Below are positions 49,200 through 63,223 of a stretch of 64,000 bases of DNA, piece by piece. The notes beneath the pieces are model-generated. The model worked only from the letters and a program-made list of their open reading frames with translations. It searched no databases and was not told where the DNA came from. The position numbers were made by a program, and so were the translations under genes. How positions within the stretch are numbered: the stretch's first letter is position 1; each line of letters starts with the position of its first letter. Source of the DNA: Octopus sinensis (lineage: Eukaryota); the NCBI RefSeq assembly GCF_006345805.1, contig NC_043006.1:23808001-23872000 (forward strand), read 5' to 3'.

Positions 49200-51463
49200 T
49201 GCTCATACATTCCATATCAAATACAAATATGTCATGGCTTCATCTCATTTTTATTATTACGATTATTATTGTTGTTGTTGTTGTTACTGCTGCTGCCATT
49301 ATTAAGGCTACAAGCTGGCAGAACTATCAGCTGAACAAAAAGCTTAGCAGCATTTTATCCATCAAATTCTGTCAAGGTTGACTCTGCCTTTCATCCTTTC
49401 AGGATCAATAAAGTATGTACCAGCTGAACACTGGGGTTGATGCGATCAACTGGCCACCCCCAACCCAACATACACTCACACAAATTTCAGGCCTTGTGCC
49501 TACAGCAGAAAGGATTATTATTATTATTATTATCAAGGTGGTGAGCTGGCAGAATCGTTAGCATGCTGGATGAAATGCTTAGCGGTATTTTGTCTGCCAC
49601 TACATTCTGAGTTCAAATTCCACTGAGGTCAACTTTGCCTTTCAGCCTTTCAGGGTCGATAAATCAAGTACCAGTTGAAAACTGGGGATGATGTAATCGA
49701 CTAGTCCCCTCCACCAAAATTTAGAAAGGATTATTATTATTATTATTATTATCATTATTATTCCTACTATGTCTACCATCAAGAAGGCAGCGAGCCAGCA
49801 GAATCATTAGCACAGTGGACAAAATGCTTAGAGGCATACTGACCCCTCTGCCTCCCACCAAGGTCAGCTTGACCTTTCCTCCTTTCAGGGTGGTTAAAAT
49901 AAAGTGCCATTCAAGTACTAAGGTCACAGTAATTGACTAACACCCACCTGCTAAAATTGCTGGCCTTGTGTTAAAATTTGAAACAATTCTTTCTCTACCA
50001 TCAAAGGCAGAAAGCTGGCAGAATTATTAAGGAATTGGCAAAAAAAAAAAAAAAACAATGCTTTGTGGTATTGGTTCAGGCTCTCTACACTCTGAGTTCA
50101 AATCTCACCAAACTCAACTTTGTCTTCCATTCAATGGAATTGATAATATACAATACCAGTCAAATACTGGGGGGCAATATAGTGGACCGATCTTATCCAC
50201 AAAATTCTTGGCTTTGAGTCTAAATCAGACTGAATTACTATTTCTACCACCACCACCACTACCCTCAAAAGCCAGTGCTTGCATCATGCATGTATGTGGG
50301 TGGTGGCATTTATTCATGAATGTTTTCCTGTCTTTATGCAACAATCTTTTTGTATTCTTTTTGTTATTTTTAAAATGTACTCTGAACCTATTAAACAAGA
50401 ATCTAAATAAAAATCAGTGATAATTATTATCAACACTTCTGCCACTCCCTACCCCCACCCCACCTCCGCTCCAATCTCAACCTCGTTCCTCCTCCGAATT
50501 TACACTATTCTCTACTAGACTCCATTGGTCCCGCCTCTCAACCATGTGACTCTCAAACAAAAAAAAAAAAAGGAAAGAAAAGAGAAAGAGATAACTGTTG
50601 GCTTGATGCTTTCAGAGGAAGAAGGAATACAGAACTGGGAGCAGATGTTTCCAAAACAGGAGAGATGAAGGATAAGAGAATTAGAAGTTAAACAGAGCGA
50701 GACAAACAGACAGACTGCCTTAGATGGAGAGAGACAGACAGACAGATACAGAGGTGCCAACCGACTTTGGAAGGAATGGTGCAGAAATATTATACTAATG
50801 GTGTATTTTGGAGAAAAGCGATGAAGAATTACCAGACAAACTGAAGAATTTGAAAAGGAAGATAGTAAATGTTTGCCATTGTGATATGGACCCTAAAACA
50901 AATAATGCTAACAATTCCAGTGAATGTCTGAAGAGGGACCACAGAAAATACCAATGGTAGGACAACATTATGTTAGCAATGAATAAGTTAAAGGATTTTG
51001 AACTGTCTGGCACAGGATTACCATATTTACAAGCCAGTTATTGTTGCTGTAATTTAACCCCAGGTAAGTTCTGATCATGCCAACTTTTGATGATAGATCT
51101 TACGTTCATGAAACTGCCAACTTTTTGCCTTGGCTCAGTACAGCCAAGACCACGTTTATATAATGCGGTCATCTTTTCTAGGACAATGGGATGTGATTTG
51201 AGGGAATTTTTGCTGCTATTTCTAATCAATCAAACAACCATACAGAGGTTTCCTGAATGGCTTGCATTATCAACAAGGTATTTAAATAAGGTGTGTATCA
51301 GTTTCAACATGGTATCTTCAAGGTGCGTTATCTCTTCCAGTGAACAAGGTTCGTTATCTCTCTCACTCTCTCAGTTGGCATGTTATCACATCAACCAGCA
51401 ACAACCAACCACAAACTGATCAACATGAGACACGTGGAAATTTGGTTGGCCTGTGGTTCGACC

Positions 51464-52180
51464 CAGTGGTTTACGACCATTTTTTGTCTATGGAACCCTT
51501 TGATTCCTATATTAGGATGGCCCCTCATAGCCAATGCATATTTTAAAAAATCTTATTATATTGTTATCATTAACCCTTTTGATACCAACCCAGCTGAAAC
51601 CACCTCTGGTTCTGGAGAACAAATGTCTAGTTTTCATAAGTTCTGAATTAAAATTTTCCACCAAACCTTAGTCACAATTTATGTTCCTAACACTAACTTA
51701 ATAATAACTTATTTTACTAAATTCTTTGTTATATTTAAAATCAATTGAAAGAAACACATAGCATTTCAACAGAAATATGGTAATAAAAGGGTTAACAAAT
51801 GATTAATTTAACCCTTTTGATACCAACCCAGCTGAAACCACCTCTGGCTCTGTAGTACAAATGTCTTGTTTTCAAAAGTTCTGAATTAAAATCTTCCACC
51901 AAACCTTAGTCACAATTTATGTTCCTAACACTAGCTTAATGATAACTAAGTTATTTTACTAAATTCCCGTTATATTTACAATCAATTGAAAGAAACACAG
52001 AGCATTTCAACAGGAATGTGGTAACAAAAGGGTTAAACATTATTGGGTTAACATATAAAAATGAATATTAACATATTTTGTGTATTGTATAAGTATAACT
52101 AATTTATTTTGCATATATTTACCCCAAAAAAAATCTACAGACCCCCAAGGGTCATTGGAGACCCCAGATGAGAATCACTG
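51464..52180. mobile_element. hAT-type MITE interrupted by two tandem piggyBac-type MITEs (51574-51791, 51812-52032)
   Basis: Outer ends CAGTGGTTTACGACC / GATGAGAATCACTG; each inner copy is bounded by TTAA. Confidence 0.7.
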
Positions 52181-52568
52181 GTTAGCCTTTTAGCATTTAA
52201 ACTAGAGATATCCAGTCCTAATATTCTAGCTGTTTTATGTTCGAACTAGCTAGATCTGGCCTCTCACACTTACCCTACAGTATCATCCTAAAAATAAACA
52301 CATCACGTCATTGAAATCTCAAACCACTGAGATAATGCATGATTAATTCAAAACAGTGTGAATAAATAGGCATTGCATTTGACTGAGTGATTTAAATGCT
52401 GAAGAGTTTACAGTTGTGGTAAACATCAGTGTAATGGAGAACCAGACGAATGGCCCTTTTTAAGAAGGACACTGCCAAGACAGTCAAACAATCTGCTGGA
52501 GGCATTCAGTGAATGAAGGCTGCATGTTTGTTGGAAAGGGTTCTGTTGTCATCATCATCGTTGTTTAA

Positions 52569-52789
52569 CCCTTTCGTTACTGTATTTATTTTGAGATGCT
52601 CTGTGTTTCTTTCAATTATTTTAGATATAACAAAGAATTTAGTAAAATAACTTAGCTATCATTAAGCTAGTGTTAGGAATATAAATTGCAACTAATGTTT
52701 GGTGGTATATTTTGATGCAAAACTTATGAAAACAAGACATTTGTACTACAGAACCAGAGCCGGTTTTGGCCGGGTTAGTAACGAAAGGG
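52569..52789. mobile_element. piggyBac-type MITE with perfect 13-bp TIR, inserted in an RTE tail
   Basis: TTAA|CCCTTTCGTTACT...AGTAACGAAAGGG|TTAA. The flanks rejoin to catcatcatcgt..ttaatgtccactttccatgc. Confidence 0.88.
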
Positions 52790-54587
52790 TTAATGTCCAC
52801 TTTCCATGCTGATATGGGTTGGACAGTTTGACTGAGGGCTGGAAAGCCAGAAGGCTGCACAAGGCTCCAATCTGATCTGGCAAAATTTCTACAGCTGGAT
52901 GCCCTTCCTAATGCCAACCACTCCGAGAGTGTAGTGGGTACTTTTTATGTGCAACCAGCACAAGGGCCAGACAGGTGGCACTAGCAACAACCATGCTTGA
53001 ATGGTGCTTTTTGAGTGCCACTGGCATGGGAGACAATCAGGCAGCACAGGAACCAGTCAGGCGACACTGTCAACAAACATGCTCAAATGGTGTTTTTTAT
53101 GTGTCACTGGCACAGGAACCAGTCAGGTGGCACTGGCAATGACCACACTTGAATGACCACCAACCAACCAACCAAATGATAACAACATTTCTTAATTCCA
53201 TTGTGAGATAGTGAAAGCAGCAGACAAGAGAGACACACAGACTTTCAAGCATGCAGTGGCATGTAAGGATAAGATTGAGAGCGAAAGAATGGACTTTGGT
53301 TCCGACTGTATGTGATAGAGAAGTCAACAGGCTCAACATCTCACCCTATGACTTCCACCACCACCACCACCACCACAAGCATCAACTCTTTCTTGTCATA
53401 ACCACCACCAGCAACCACTCCATATATGAGGGACACAACAGAGAAAGAAAAAGAGAGGATCTATATACAAAACTCTGCCTTTCGCACAAGAAACAAATAA
53501 ACAAAAGCTAAAACAAAAAAAAACATAGCTGTGATAATACAGCTGCTGCTGATGATGATGATGGTATAAAAAAAGAAACACAGTTGAAAATATGTGAGGT
53601 ATGTGCTTGGCAATGATGATGAGGAGGATGATGATAACAGCAAAGATGAGGATCAACTTGGTAGTGTGCATTTTTGTTGCATTTCTGATACATCTAACCT
53701 TTATTCTTATCTTTTATTTTTTTTACTTGTTTCAGTTTTGTAGACTGTGGCCATGCTGGGGCACCGCCTTCAAGAATTTTAGTCTAACAAATCGACCCTA
53801 GGGCTTATTTTGTCATTTTTAAGCTTGGTACTTAGTCTATCAGGCTCTTTTGCCGAACTGCTAAGTTATGGGGATGTAAACACACCAGCACTAACTGTCA
53901 AGCTGTGGTGGGAGACAGACAGACAGACATAAGACAAACACGCAGGTGGACAGACAGGCAGGCACACACAGATATATATACATGACAGACTTCTTTCAGT
54001 TTCTGTTTGCTAATCGACCCACAAGGGTCTGGTTGGACCAAGTAGAAGACACTTGCCCAAGGTGCCATGCAGTGGGACTGAACTTGGAACCATGCAGACA
54101 GAGAGCAAACTTCTTACCACACAGCCACACACCTACACCATATTTCTGTTGAAATCCACTGTCTGAGTTTCAATTAATTTTTAAAATAATAAAGAATTTA
54201 GTTAACGAACTTTTCTATTATCATTAAGATGATGTTTAGCAAATTAACTAATATGAAATTTTAATAAGCAATTTAAATTTGGATGACATTAAAACAAGAA
54301 GTGTGTATGAGAAAACCATGAGCAGTCTCAGGTAAGATGGTATCAAAAGGGATTAATTAGGTCCTAAATGTAAAAATTGCAACACACACCTGTACACACA
54401 CACTCATTAAAAATAAAACAATTTCTTATTATCGTGGATGATGACAAAATGATGACGATGGTCTTCTTTTACAACATGTAGCCTTTCATATGGATAGTCA
54501 TTACCAATGTAGACAGACAGCTTGTCGTCATCATCATCCTCTTGTGATTACTGCTATGTGAAGGACAGTATTAAACAAAGCTGTGTC

Positions 54588-54634
<47 letters not shown>

Positions 54635-57600
54635 AAAGAGAGCCTTGTGTATATGCGTATGTGTCATGTATGTGTGTGTCACATTGTGTATTTGAGTCGT
54701 ATGTGTCACATTATGTGTTTGTGTGTGTGTGAGTTGTGTCACATGGTGTGTGTGCGTAATGTATGTGTTACATTGTGTGTGTGCATCATGTGTGTGTGTA
54801 CATTGTGTGTGTATACATGGGTCATGTGTGTGTGTGCATGCGTCATGTGTGTGTGTCACATTGCATGCGTGCGTCATGTGTCACACTATGTGCATGTGTG
54901 TATGTCCATGTGTGCCATGTACGTGCGTGTGTGTGCCATGTGCATGCGTGTGTGTCATGTATGTGTGTGTTCCCTTCTTCGGCCTTCAACTGGAGCTCAC
55001 AACATCTGTTGGTGTGAAACCCTTCAGTAAAGCATAACAAGACAGATGCTAAAAGGTATGTCCAGTTTATTTTGCCCCACACTAAAAGCATACATTTCCC
55101 TCCCACCTAGGAAGGCCTTAACGACTCAACTGACTCAGCTCATGATGATCCATCCAAAACATGGATGGCATTGAAAGCAGACATAAAGTGACACACACAC
55201 GTGCACAAGACTTAACATGATTTCAATCTTTCAGCTGTTAGCCCATGTTGTTTTCTCCAGTGAACAAGACACATGCATATATAGACGTGGATGAGTGTAT
55301 ATACCATGTGATTGACCAAACGATCAAATGTCGTTATACATCGCTGGTCACAATGCACTTTGCAACATTTTTTAGCTTTCGAATGATGCCACCCCACTGT
55401 CTAGGTGAGCAGACCAACATTTCCCCTGATCGGAAGAATGGTCCATCACAGGGGTGATGGTTCACATGACCCTTGAGAGTCCGTATAAAATTTTCTTGTT
55501 AAAAATTACATGCAATAAACTTCTACAATACATGTGTCGCATGGTCAATGCCAGTGCTGCCTGACTGGCTCCTGCACCCACCGGTGGCACGTAAAAGACA
55601 CCATGCAAATGTGGCGATGCTATTTCCACCTGACTGGTGCCCCATGCCGGAGGCACATAAAAAGCACCATCCGAATGTGGTCAATGCCAGTCCTCCCCCC
55701 CCACCAGCTGGCCCCTGTGCCAGTTCCACATAAATAGCACCATTCAAACGTGGTCAATGCCAGTGCTGCCTGACTGGCCCCTTGTACCGGTGGCACATAA
55801 AAGCACCCACTACACTCTCAGAGTGGTTGGCGTAGGAGAAGGGTATCCAGCTGTAGAAACCTTACTGGATCAGATTGGAGCCAGGTGCAGACTCCCGGCC
55901 TGCCAGTCCTCAGTCAAACCATCCAACCCATGCCAGCATAGAAAGCAAACGTTAAACGATGATGATGGTCACGTACACAAATGTACACATATATACGTGA
56001 TTAATAAATGTTGTAGAATAATGAGAAAGCCAGTCTAGCCTTGATGCTAATGTATATAAATACATCTGTAAGAAGCTTATTTCTTTCTCATAAGTTGGCC
56101 ACATTTATTAATCATTATTCATGTATCCAGCACAAAGTACACTGATACATCTGTGTGTCTGTGTGGTAGGGGTGGAGCAGTAGGGGGAAGTGTTAATGTA
56201 CTCAATACACGTTTGTTGTAAAGCATTGTTATTATATCTTCATAGGAATGTGTCCTCCCTGATACATGCATTAAAAAAAAACATGGGTCTGACATAAAAC
56301 ACACACACCCATTAAATAAAGACACAGATAAATACACACACACGCACACACACACACACATACATCGTCATTTAACGTCCACTTTTTCATAATTGCATGG
56401 GTCAGACAAAATTTGTAGAAGTAATTTTCTGCTGTTGGATGCCCTTCCTGCCACTAACCTTTGCCTGTTACCAAGCAAGGTAATATTTTCCCCATAGTTT
56501 GACATGTTTTTCACAGAAAATATACATATATACATACAGAGACACACACAGACACACACATGTACATATACATACACACTTACACATCATCATCATCTAA
56601 CATTCACGTTCTATACAAGAATGAATTTGATGTTTTCCCAAGGTCCAGCAGATCCAAGGACTGCATCGTACTCCAGTGTCTACTTTGGCGTGGTTTCTAC
56701 ATCTGGATGTCCTTTCTAAAGCCAACCAACTTACAGTTTGTACTGAGTGTATTTTTCCATGGCACCAGAAATAGTAAGGCCACTATGCAGCTTGCAAAAC
56801 TACAAACCCCCAAGAGAAGTGGCTTTATACAAAGAGAGGAGCAGTTGAAGAAGTCATTCTCAACCATTTTTTTCCAGTGGACTCCTTTGATTTTTTTTTT
56901 ACTCAGATGGACCTTCATAAGTATTTGATGTTTAAAAAAAAAAGTCCTTTTATATTTTTGTTATCGAATATTATTAGGAATTGCATAAAAAAAATTTTAA
57001 CATTTTATGTAAAAAAACAATCTATTGTTCAAGGGTCATATGGAACCAAGTTGAGAATCCCTGGGTTAATATATGAGGGAAGGGGCCAGAACAGGACAGA
57101 TTCCCTGCTATAGAGGAGCTACATGGCAACTCACATTTGAGAAGACAGGGTGAGGACTGCTGGGGTGGAGCTGGGAAGAGATAGAAATAGCAGTGATGAG
57201 GTGTCAGGGTGGAACCTCAAGGAACAAGGTGAGTAAAGGTGAGAGGAACCAGAGGAGCTGAGAATGTGGAAGGGTAGAAGCTGCAGAAGTGTATGGGAGA
57301 GTAAGAGATGGGAAAGAAGGTGGGGTGGATATATTTCTTTATTGCCCACAAGGTGCTAAACATAGAGTAGACAAACAAGGACAGACAAAGGGATTAAGTC
57401 GATCACATCGACCCCCAGTGCGTTACTGGTACTTATTTAATCGATCCCGGAAGGATGAAGGCAAAGGAGGAGAAGATGGTGGTGGTAGTGGTGGTGGCAA
57501 CAGCAGTGATAATATTAAGTTGACTACAATTTCATTTCTCATCAGGGCTTAACTTTTACAAACCAAGAGAGACTATTTGCTCACTTGATAAGCTAGAAAT

Positions 57601-58629
57601 AGCAGCAAAATCTCTTTCTCTTAAACACATCCTACCATCTTCAACTATCTTCAAAAAACAAAAAAAACAAGTAATTCACACAGCGTAATGTGGTCCTAAA
57701 TTCACTATGCTTCTAAAATAACAAACCTAACATAGCCAAGATTGTAATTAATGCCTTTCTTTCTTTTTTTTCATCGGCCTGCTTGGTCAAGAACAAACCT
57801 AAGGCCATGGGACAACAACAAAACTTTCTTTTTTAAAAATGTAGAATAAAATAGAAACAGATGAAGCATTGTTAAAAGGGCCAACAGCATTTAAACTCAC
57901 ATATGACAAGGAGCAACAGCAGTGCACAGAGTGTCAAGGATACGGCAACCACAATCACAATAGACCGACCCCTTCACTTTAACAAGGTTGAGGTCTAACA
58001 GCAGCACTGGATGACAACTATATAATGTGTGGGTGTGTGTGTGTGTGTTTGTGTTCTTCTGGACAAACTAGGCTTTAACGCTCTCACCCACAGCCACCAC
58101 CACCACCTAATCATTTCATTGATTAATATATCTACGTGTGTGTGTGTGTGTGTGTGTGTGTGTACACATGGAAGACTTAATTTTTATTAGAACACACACA
58201 CACACACATTTATCTTCAAACATCCACACATACTCAGTACAGACTTACATCGATACATTGACACAATAACACATTTTATGTAACAGGTATACATATATAT
58301 ATATATACACACAGAGACACATAGACAAACACCTGGACGTGTTCTATATACACACACAAATATGATCTACTAAGCATTCACCAAAATAAAAATTAAAATT
58401 AAACAGGAGAGATGGGCAAAGATGATAGCAATGATGATGGTGGTGGTGGTGGTGGTGGTGATAACTGTTAGCCATAAGTGACAGTGTGATGATGGTAGCA
58501 ATGGTTGTGGTGGTGATGGTAGTGGTGTTCGTAACAGGTGTCAGTACAAACTTACACAAACGCAAAAATACACTCACACACACATTTTTCTCTCTGTCTC
58601 TCTCTCACACACACACACATACACACACA

Positions 58630-58663
<34 letters not shown>

Positions 58664-60447
58664 ACATACACACACACACACATACACACACACACACAAT
58701 GAAAGACAAATGGTAAAAACTAAAAAATACAATAGCAAAAACAATAATAATAAAATTAGATATTGTCAATAAGTTATTGTACAGCCCCAGGTCTGCTGTG
58801 ATCATATTAATCAATGATCACAGGTACTCCAGCTGCGACCATCCTGCCTTTTACTGATGTAGAAAAAAACTCAGGGCTACATCAGTCAGTGTCCTTTAAA
58901 ACAACAAGGTGTTACTCAAGTGAGATGTGGCTGCTATTTCTAGCATGTCACGTGAAAGCTTCCTGTTCAGCTTGGTTCGTCTTGGTAATTACAGCTGGAG
59001 TGATTATTACAACATAGGTAGGTAGTTAAGCAAGTTTATAACAGAGGCTTCACATTGAGAGCAAGTGGGAGAAGAGAGAACAACGAGGAGAGGGTGAAGA
59101 AGAAAGGCAAGGAGATGCTGAGGGAGGGGAGGGGAGGGGAGAGGAAAGAAACTACTAATGAGGAGACAAATCTATAGTTAATGATTTCTCTTGACCAGAT
59201 GGCAGGTCAATATTGTAATTGAAGAGGCAAGGAAAGATAGCCATAGCCGTGTGGTCAGCTGACATGAAGAGAACTAACTTGAGAAGTGGCGAAATGGTGG
59301 GTGGGGACGGAGTCAAATGGTTAGCTAATTCAACTTAGGACAAGAGTATCACTGGTACAAGAGATTCATAATTGTGCCATAAATTGATTCAGCTTCCAAC
59401 CAATGCACCACTGTACAAGGACAGATATGGCTTCACATCCAAATATACCACCGGTACATCATAGAAAATAAAATTCATTTTTTGAACTATCCTCTCATCA
59501 TCAGGCGCAAAGTCAGCTCCCTTAATAATAACCTTCACCCAAAAGTTGAAGGGTCTTGTCTTGCAAGTTATTTGGTGACCTCTCTGGTGCTGGTGCCATC
59601 TAAAATCCACGTAGTCCACACTCTGTAAAGTGGTTGGCATTAGGAAGGGCATCCAGCTGTAGAAACTACACCAAAGCAGATATTGGAGTTTGGTGCAGAC
59701 CTCTAGCTCACCAGCCCCTGTTGAATGTGCAACCCATGCCAGCATGGAAAAACAGATGTTGAATGGTGATGATGACCATCAGCTGTTTTGCCTTTATGCC
59801 CAAAGGTGAACAAAGTGAAGAGGCCAGGTTTCAAAAGGTAGAGTGAGCAAAGCTAATGGTAACACTGCAACAGCAGACAACAGCATGGAGGAGAGAACAG
59901 GCTTGTCTTGGTTTCGGTTAGACAGAAACTAGACGGAGCCAGTCATGCGTGTGTGTTTAGATAGACAGATAAAATAGATACATGTAGATATGTGTTTGTT
60001 AGTGCATGCATGTATGTGTATAACCAGCACGACACAGAAGTGCTCATGCCAGTGTCACACAAAAGTACATGTGATTGCATCTGTGCTGGTGCCACGTATA
60101 AAGCATCCAGTACACTCTGTAAAGTGGTGGGCATTAGGAAAGACATCCAGCTGCAGAAACTATTCCAAAGCAGATGACTGAAGCCTGGTGCAGCCCTCTG
60201 GCCTTGTCACCTCCTGTCAAACTGTCCAACCCATGCAACCATGGAAAACGGACGCTAAATGATGATCATACACACACACACAAATATGGAGAGCCGTGGG
60301 GGGATGCTCTTTAAAAGTTACATACATGAAGTAATATATGTATATATATACATATAATAACAATTCAATAAATAAAACATATGCATACATACATGTACAT
60401 ACCTACATCTATATGTATATATACATGCATATATGAGTACAGGACAC

Positions 60448-60488
<41 letters not shown>

Positions 60489-61273
60489 TATATATATGTT
60501 ATGGAGATGGAGTTCAAAGCAACAAAGTTTTCAACCAGATTCAGCATCATTTGTAGAAAGGCACAACAAGGGAGATGGTAAGCAGGGAGGGAAGATAGAT
60601 TCAGCGAGACCTCTATAGAAAGTACCCCTGCGGGGCCAACAAGAGTAAAAGTAATGTACGTACCTATAAATAAACGGACGGTGGTAACTAGCCAGAAAAA
60701 ATGAGAGAGTATTATAATGAGTCACTGATAGGTTTTAAAATGTTTTGTAATTATTTTGGTTCTGATTGATTTTTTTTATATTCCGTACTTAATTAGCTAG
60801 GCTTTTGTTTATTTGTTTGTTTGTTTGTTTATTGTTTTTGTTGTTACTTTTTTCTTTCGCTTGTGTCATTGACGATAGAATAGTGTGGCGTGTAAAAGTG
60901 AAAGTGCATGCGTGTGTGTGTGTGTGCTTGTATGTATATTTCTAGGGTGTGTACATGGATGTACATGTGTATGAGCATAGATGCATGTGTGTAAGTACAC
61001 TCATGTGTATATATTTTAAACATACATGGGGGATATATAAGTATTTATACACGGGGATGTATATGCATGCTTACAAGTATGTATGTATGTATGCGTGTAT
61101 ATATATATATATAATATATATATATATATAACATGTATGTATGTATATATAATATATACATGTATGTATGTATATATTATATATACATGTATGTATGTAT
61201 ATATATATATATTATATATATATACATGTATGTATGTATATATTATATATATATATATATACATGTATGTATG

Positions 61274-61306
<33 letters not shown>

Positions 61307-61474
61307 ATGTATATATATATAATATATATATTACATGTATGTATGTATATATATATATATATATTATATATATATACATGTATGTATGTGTATATATATA
61401 TATAACATGTATGTATGTATATATATATATATATATACTGTAGTATGTATTATATATATTATATATATATATAT

Positions 61475-61510
<36 letters not shown>

Positions 61511-61656
61511 ATATTCGCATGCCTGTATATGTGCACACACATTCATAGATATATATATAGAGGGGAGGGAAGGAGGGGAGAGACAGGTCTTCTAAAGTAA
61601 ACCAAAAATCAAATTTATGCAATGTGTGTGTATGTATATATATATATATATATATA

Positions 61657-62290
61657 AGCGAGAAAGAAGCAACAAGAATGGATAGGTTTTTAGTACAATC
61701 GTTTCATACAAGGACAGGCTTTATTAAAAGTTGCAAAAATTGCAGCATATAAACGTGTCCCGTACTCATCAGCTAAAATACATGTGAGTTCTCTAGACAT
61801 CCTAGTGGTTGAGGCTATACTCATGAAGTAATGTAGATAATTAAGTAACATAAACAGATTTCCAAAGTTCATTAAAGTTCTTTAAAGATGATGTAGTCTT
61901 ATCACAGAATTTTAAAAAAGTTTTAATAGCATCACAGAGAAGGTGACTTAATCCATAGTGTACATATGAATTTCCAGAGATATGAGGAGGGATTACATAC
62001 TCACAGACGATAAATTTATCCATTGCTAATCACAATGAGATGGGTCTCAATTCCTGCTTATTAGCATTACAGAGAGGGTGAATTAATCCTTTGTATAGAT
62101 GCACAATTTCCAATGGTGTAGGTGTAAATTTCCAGAGAAATGAAGAGGAATTTCATATTCACAGGCGATAAATTTATCAATGGTTGAACACAATGAGGTA
62201 GGTATCAATTCTTGCTATATGATTAGGTATTTGCCACATTAATCACATTACTGCTATTTTCAAGAGACTGTAGCTATTTAACTTTTAAAG
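61657..62290 (-). mobile_element. Non-coding PLE-type 3' end / retrozyme-like remnant terminating in (TA)n
   Basis: An intact HHR lies ~30 nt before (TA)n, and there is an internal ~160-bp direct duplication (61968 vs 62127). No RT or GIY-YIG motifs were recognised, and the upstream boundary is uncertain. Confidence 0.55.
61688..61778 (-). ncRNA. Type I hammerhead ribozyme, intact core
   Basis: Sense: UUUUAG CUGAUGA GUACGGGACA...UGUCCUUGUAU GAAA CGAUUG UA|CUAAAA. Stem I is 6 bp, stem II is ~10 bp, and the cleavage triplet is GUA. Confidence 0.87.
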
Positions 62291-62300
62291 GCTGAAGGGC

Positions 62301-62516
62301 TTTCTAGGGAGGCAAAGAACAGAAAAGGGAAGGAAAGAGAAGAAAAGAGAGAAAATAAAGGAGGAGGGAGCAAAAGGGGGGGGGGACTAAAAGAGAAGAG
62401 AAAAGGAAAAAGAAAAAAAGAAAAAGAGAGAGAGAGAATAAGAAGAAGAAAAAGAAAAAAGAGAAAAGAGAAAGAAATAGGGAAAGAAGGGAAAAAAAGA
62501 AAAAGAAAAAAAGAGG
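62301..62516. repeat. ~215-nt near-pure polypurine tract
   Basis: Direct reading: almost only A and G on the + strand. Confidence 0.85.
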
Positions 62517-63223
62517 GTTCTAGTTATACAGAAGAATTAGTAGACGGCAAGTCTGGTTTTAATTTACAGGCATCAAGGAACTAGAGGAGAATATTATTCT
62601 TTGACCAGTAAAACAGCTAATTTATTGCTGTTGAAAGCAGCTATGAATTTAAAGAGAATCTAAGGAGATAACACGGTCAGGGGTTTAGGGGTCAAAGGCT
62701 AAAATCAAAAGAAAATACATTAGGAAAATCTAAGTATAATCTTATCAAAAAGTCATTAAAATTTATTTATTTAATTTATTCATTTTACTGTCTTAAGGAG
62801 TTGCCGTTATTATTCATACATTGACGGACTACAGGTCAAATCTTAGAAGATCATTTACAAGGTGTTAGGGAATTGTCTATCATAATGAAGATAATCATAT
62901 TATCACCGAGGGAGTAGCCTTATTTATTTAATTTTTAAATAGAATTATGGGGCTTTAGTAATTCATTTTAGTAATTCATATATATATATATATACACACT
63001 ATTGCCAGCAATGTGGGTGCCTGTGTGTGTATATTTATGTATGATGCACACACACATATATTATCATCATCGCCACCATCATCATCATTTCACAACTATT
63101 TTCCGTGCTAGCATGGGTTGGACGGTTTGACAGGAGCCACCCAGACTTTATGTCTGTTTTGGCACACACACACACACACACACACACACCTATATCATTA
63201 TCCGTATGTAATTAGATCCTTAA

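Noticed and set aside
57113-57228. + strand segment between ctgctatag and caag|gtgagt
   Set aside because: It has stops in all three frames and sits in purine-rich low-complexity sequence.
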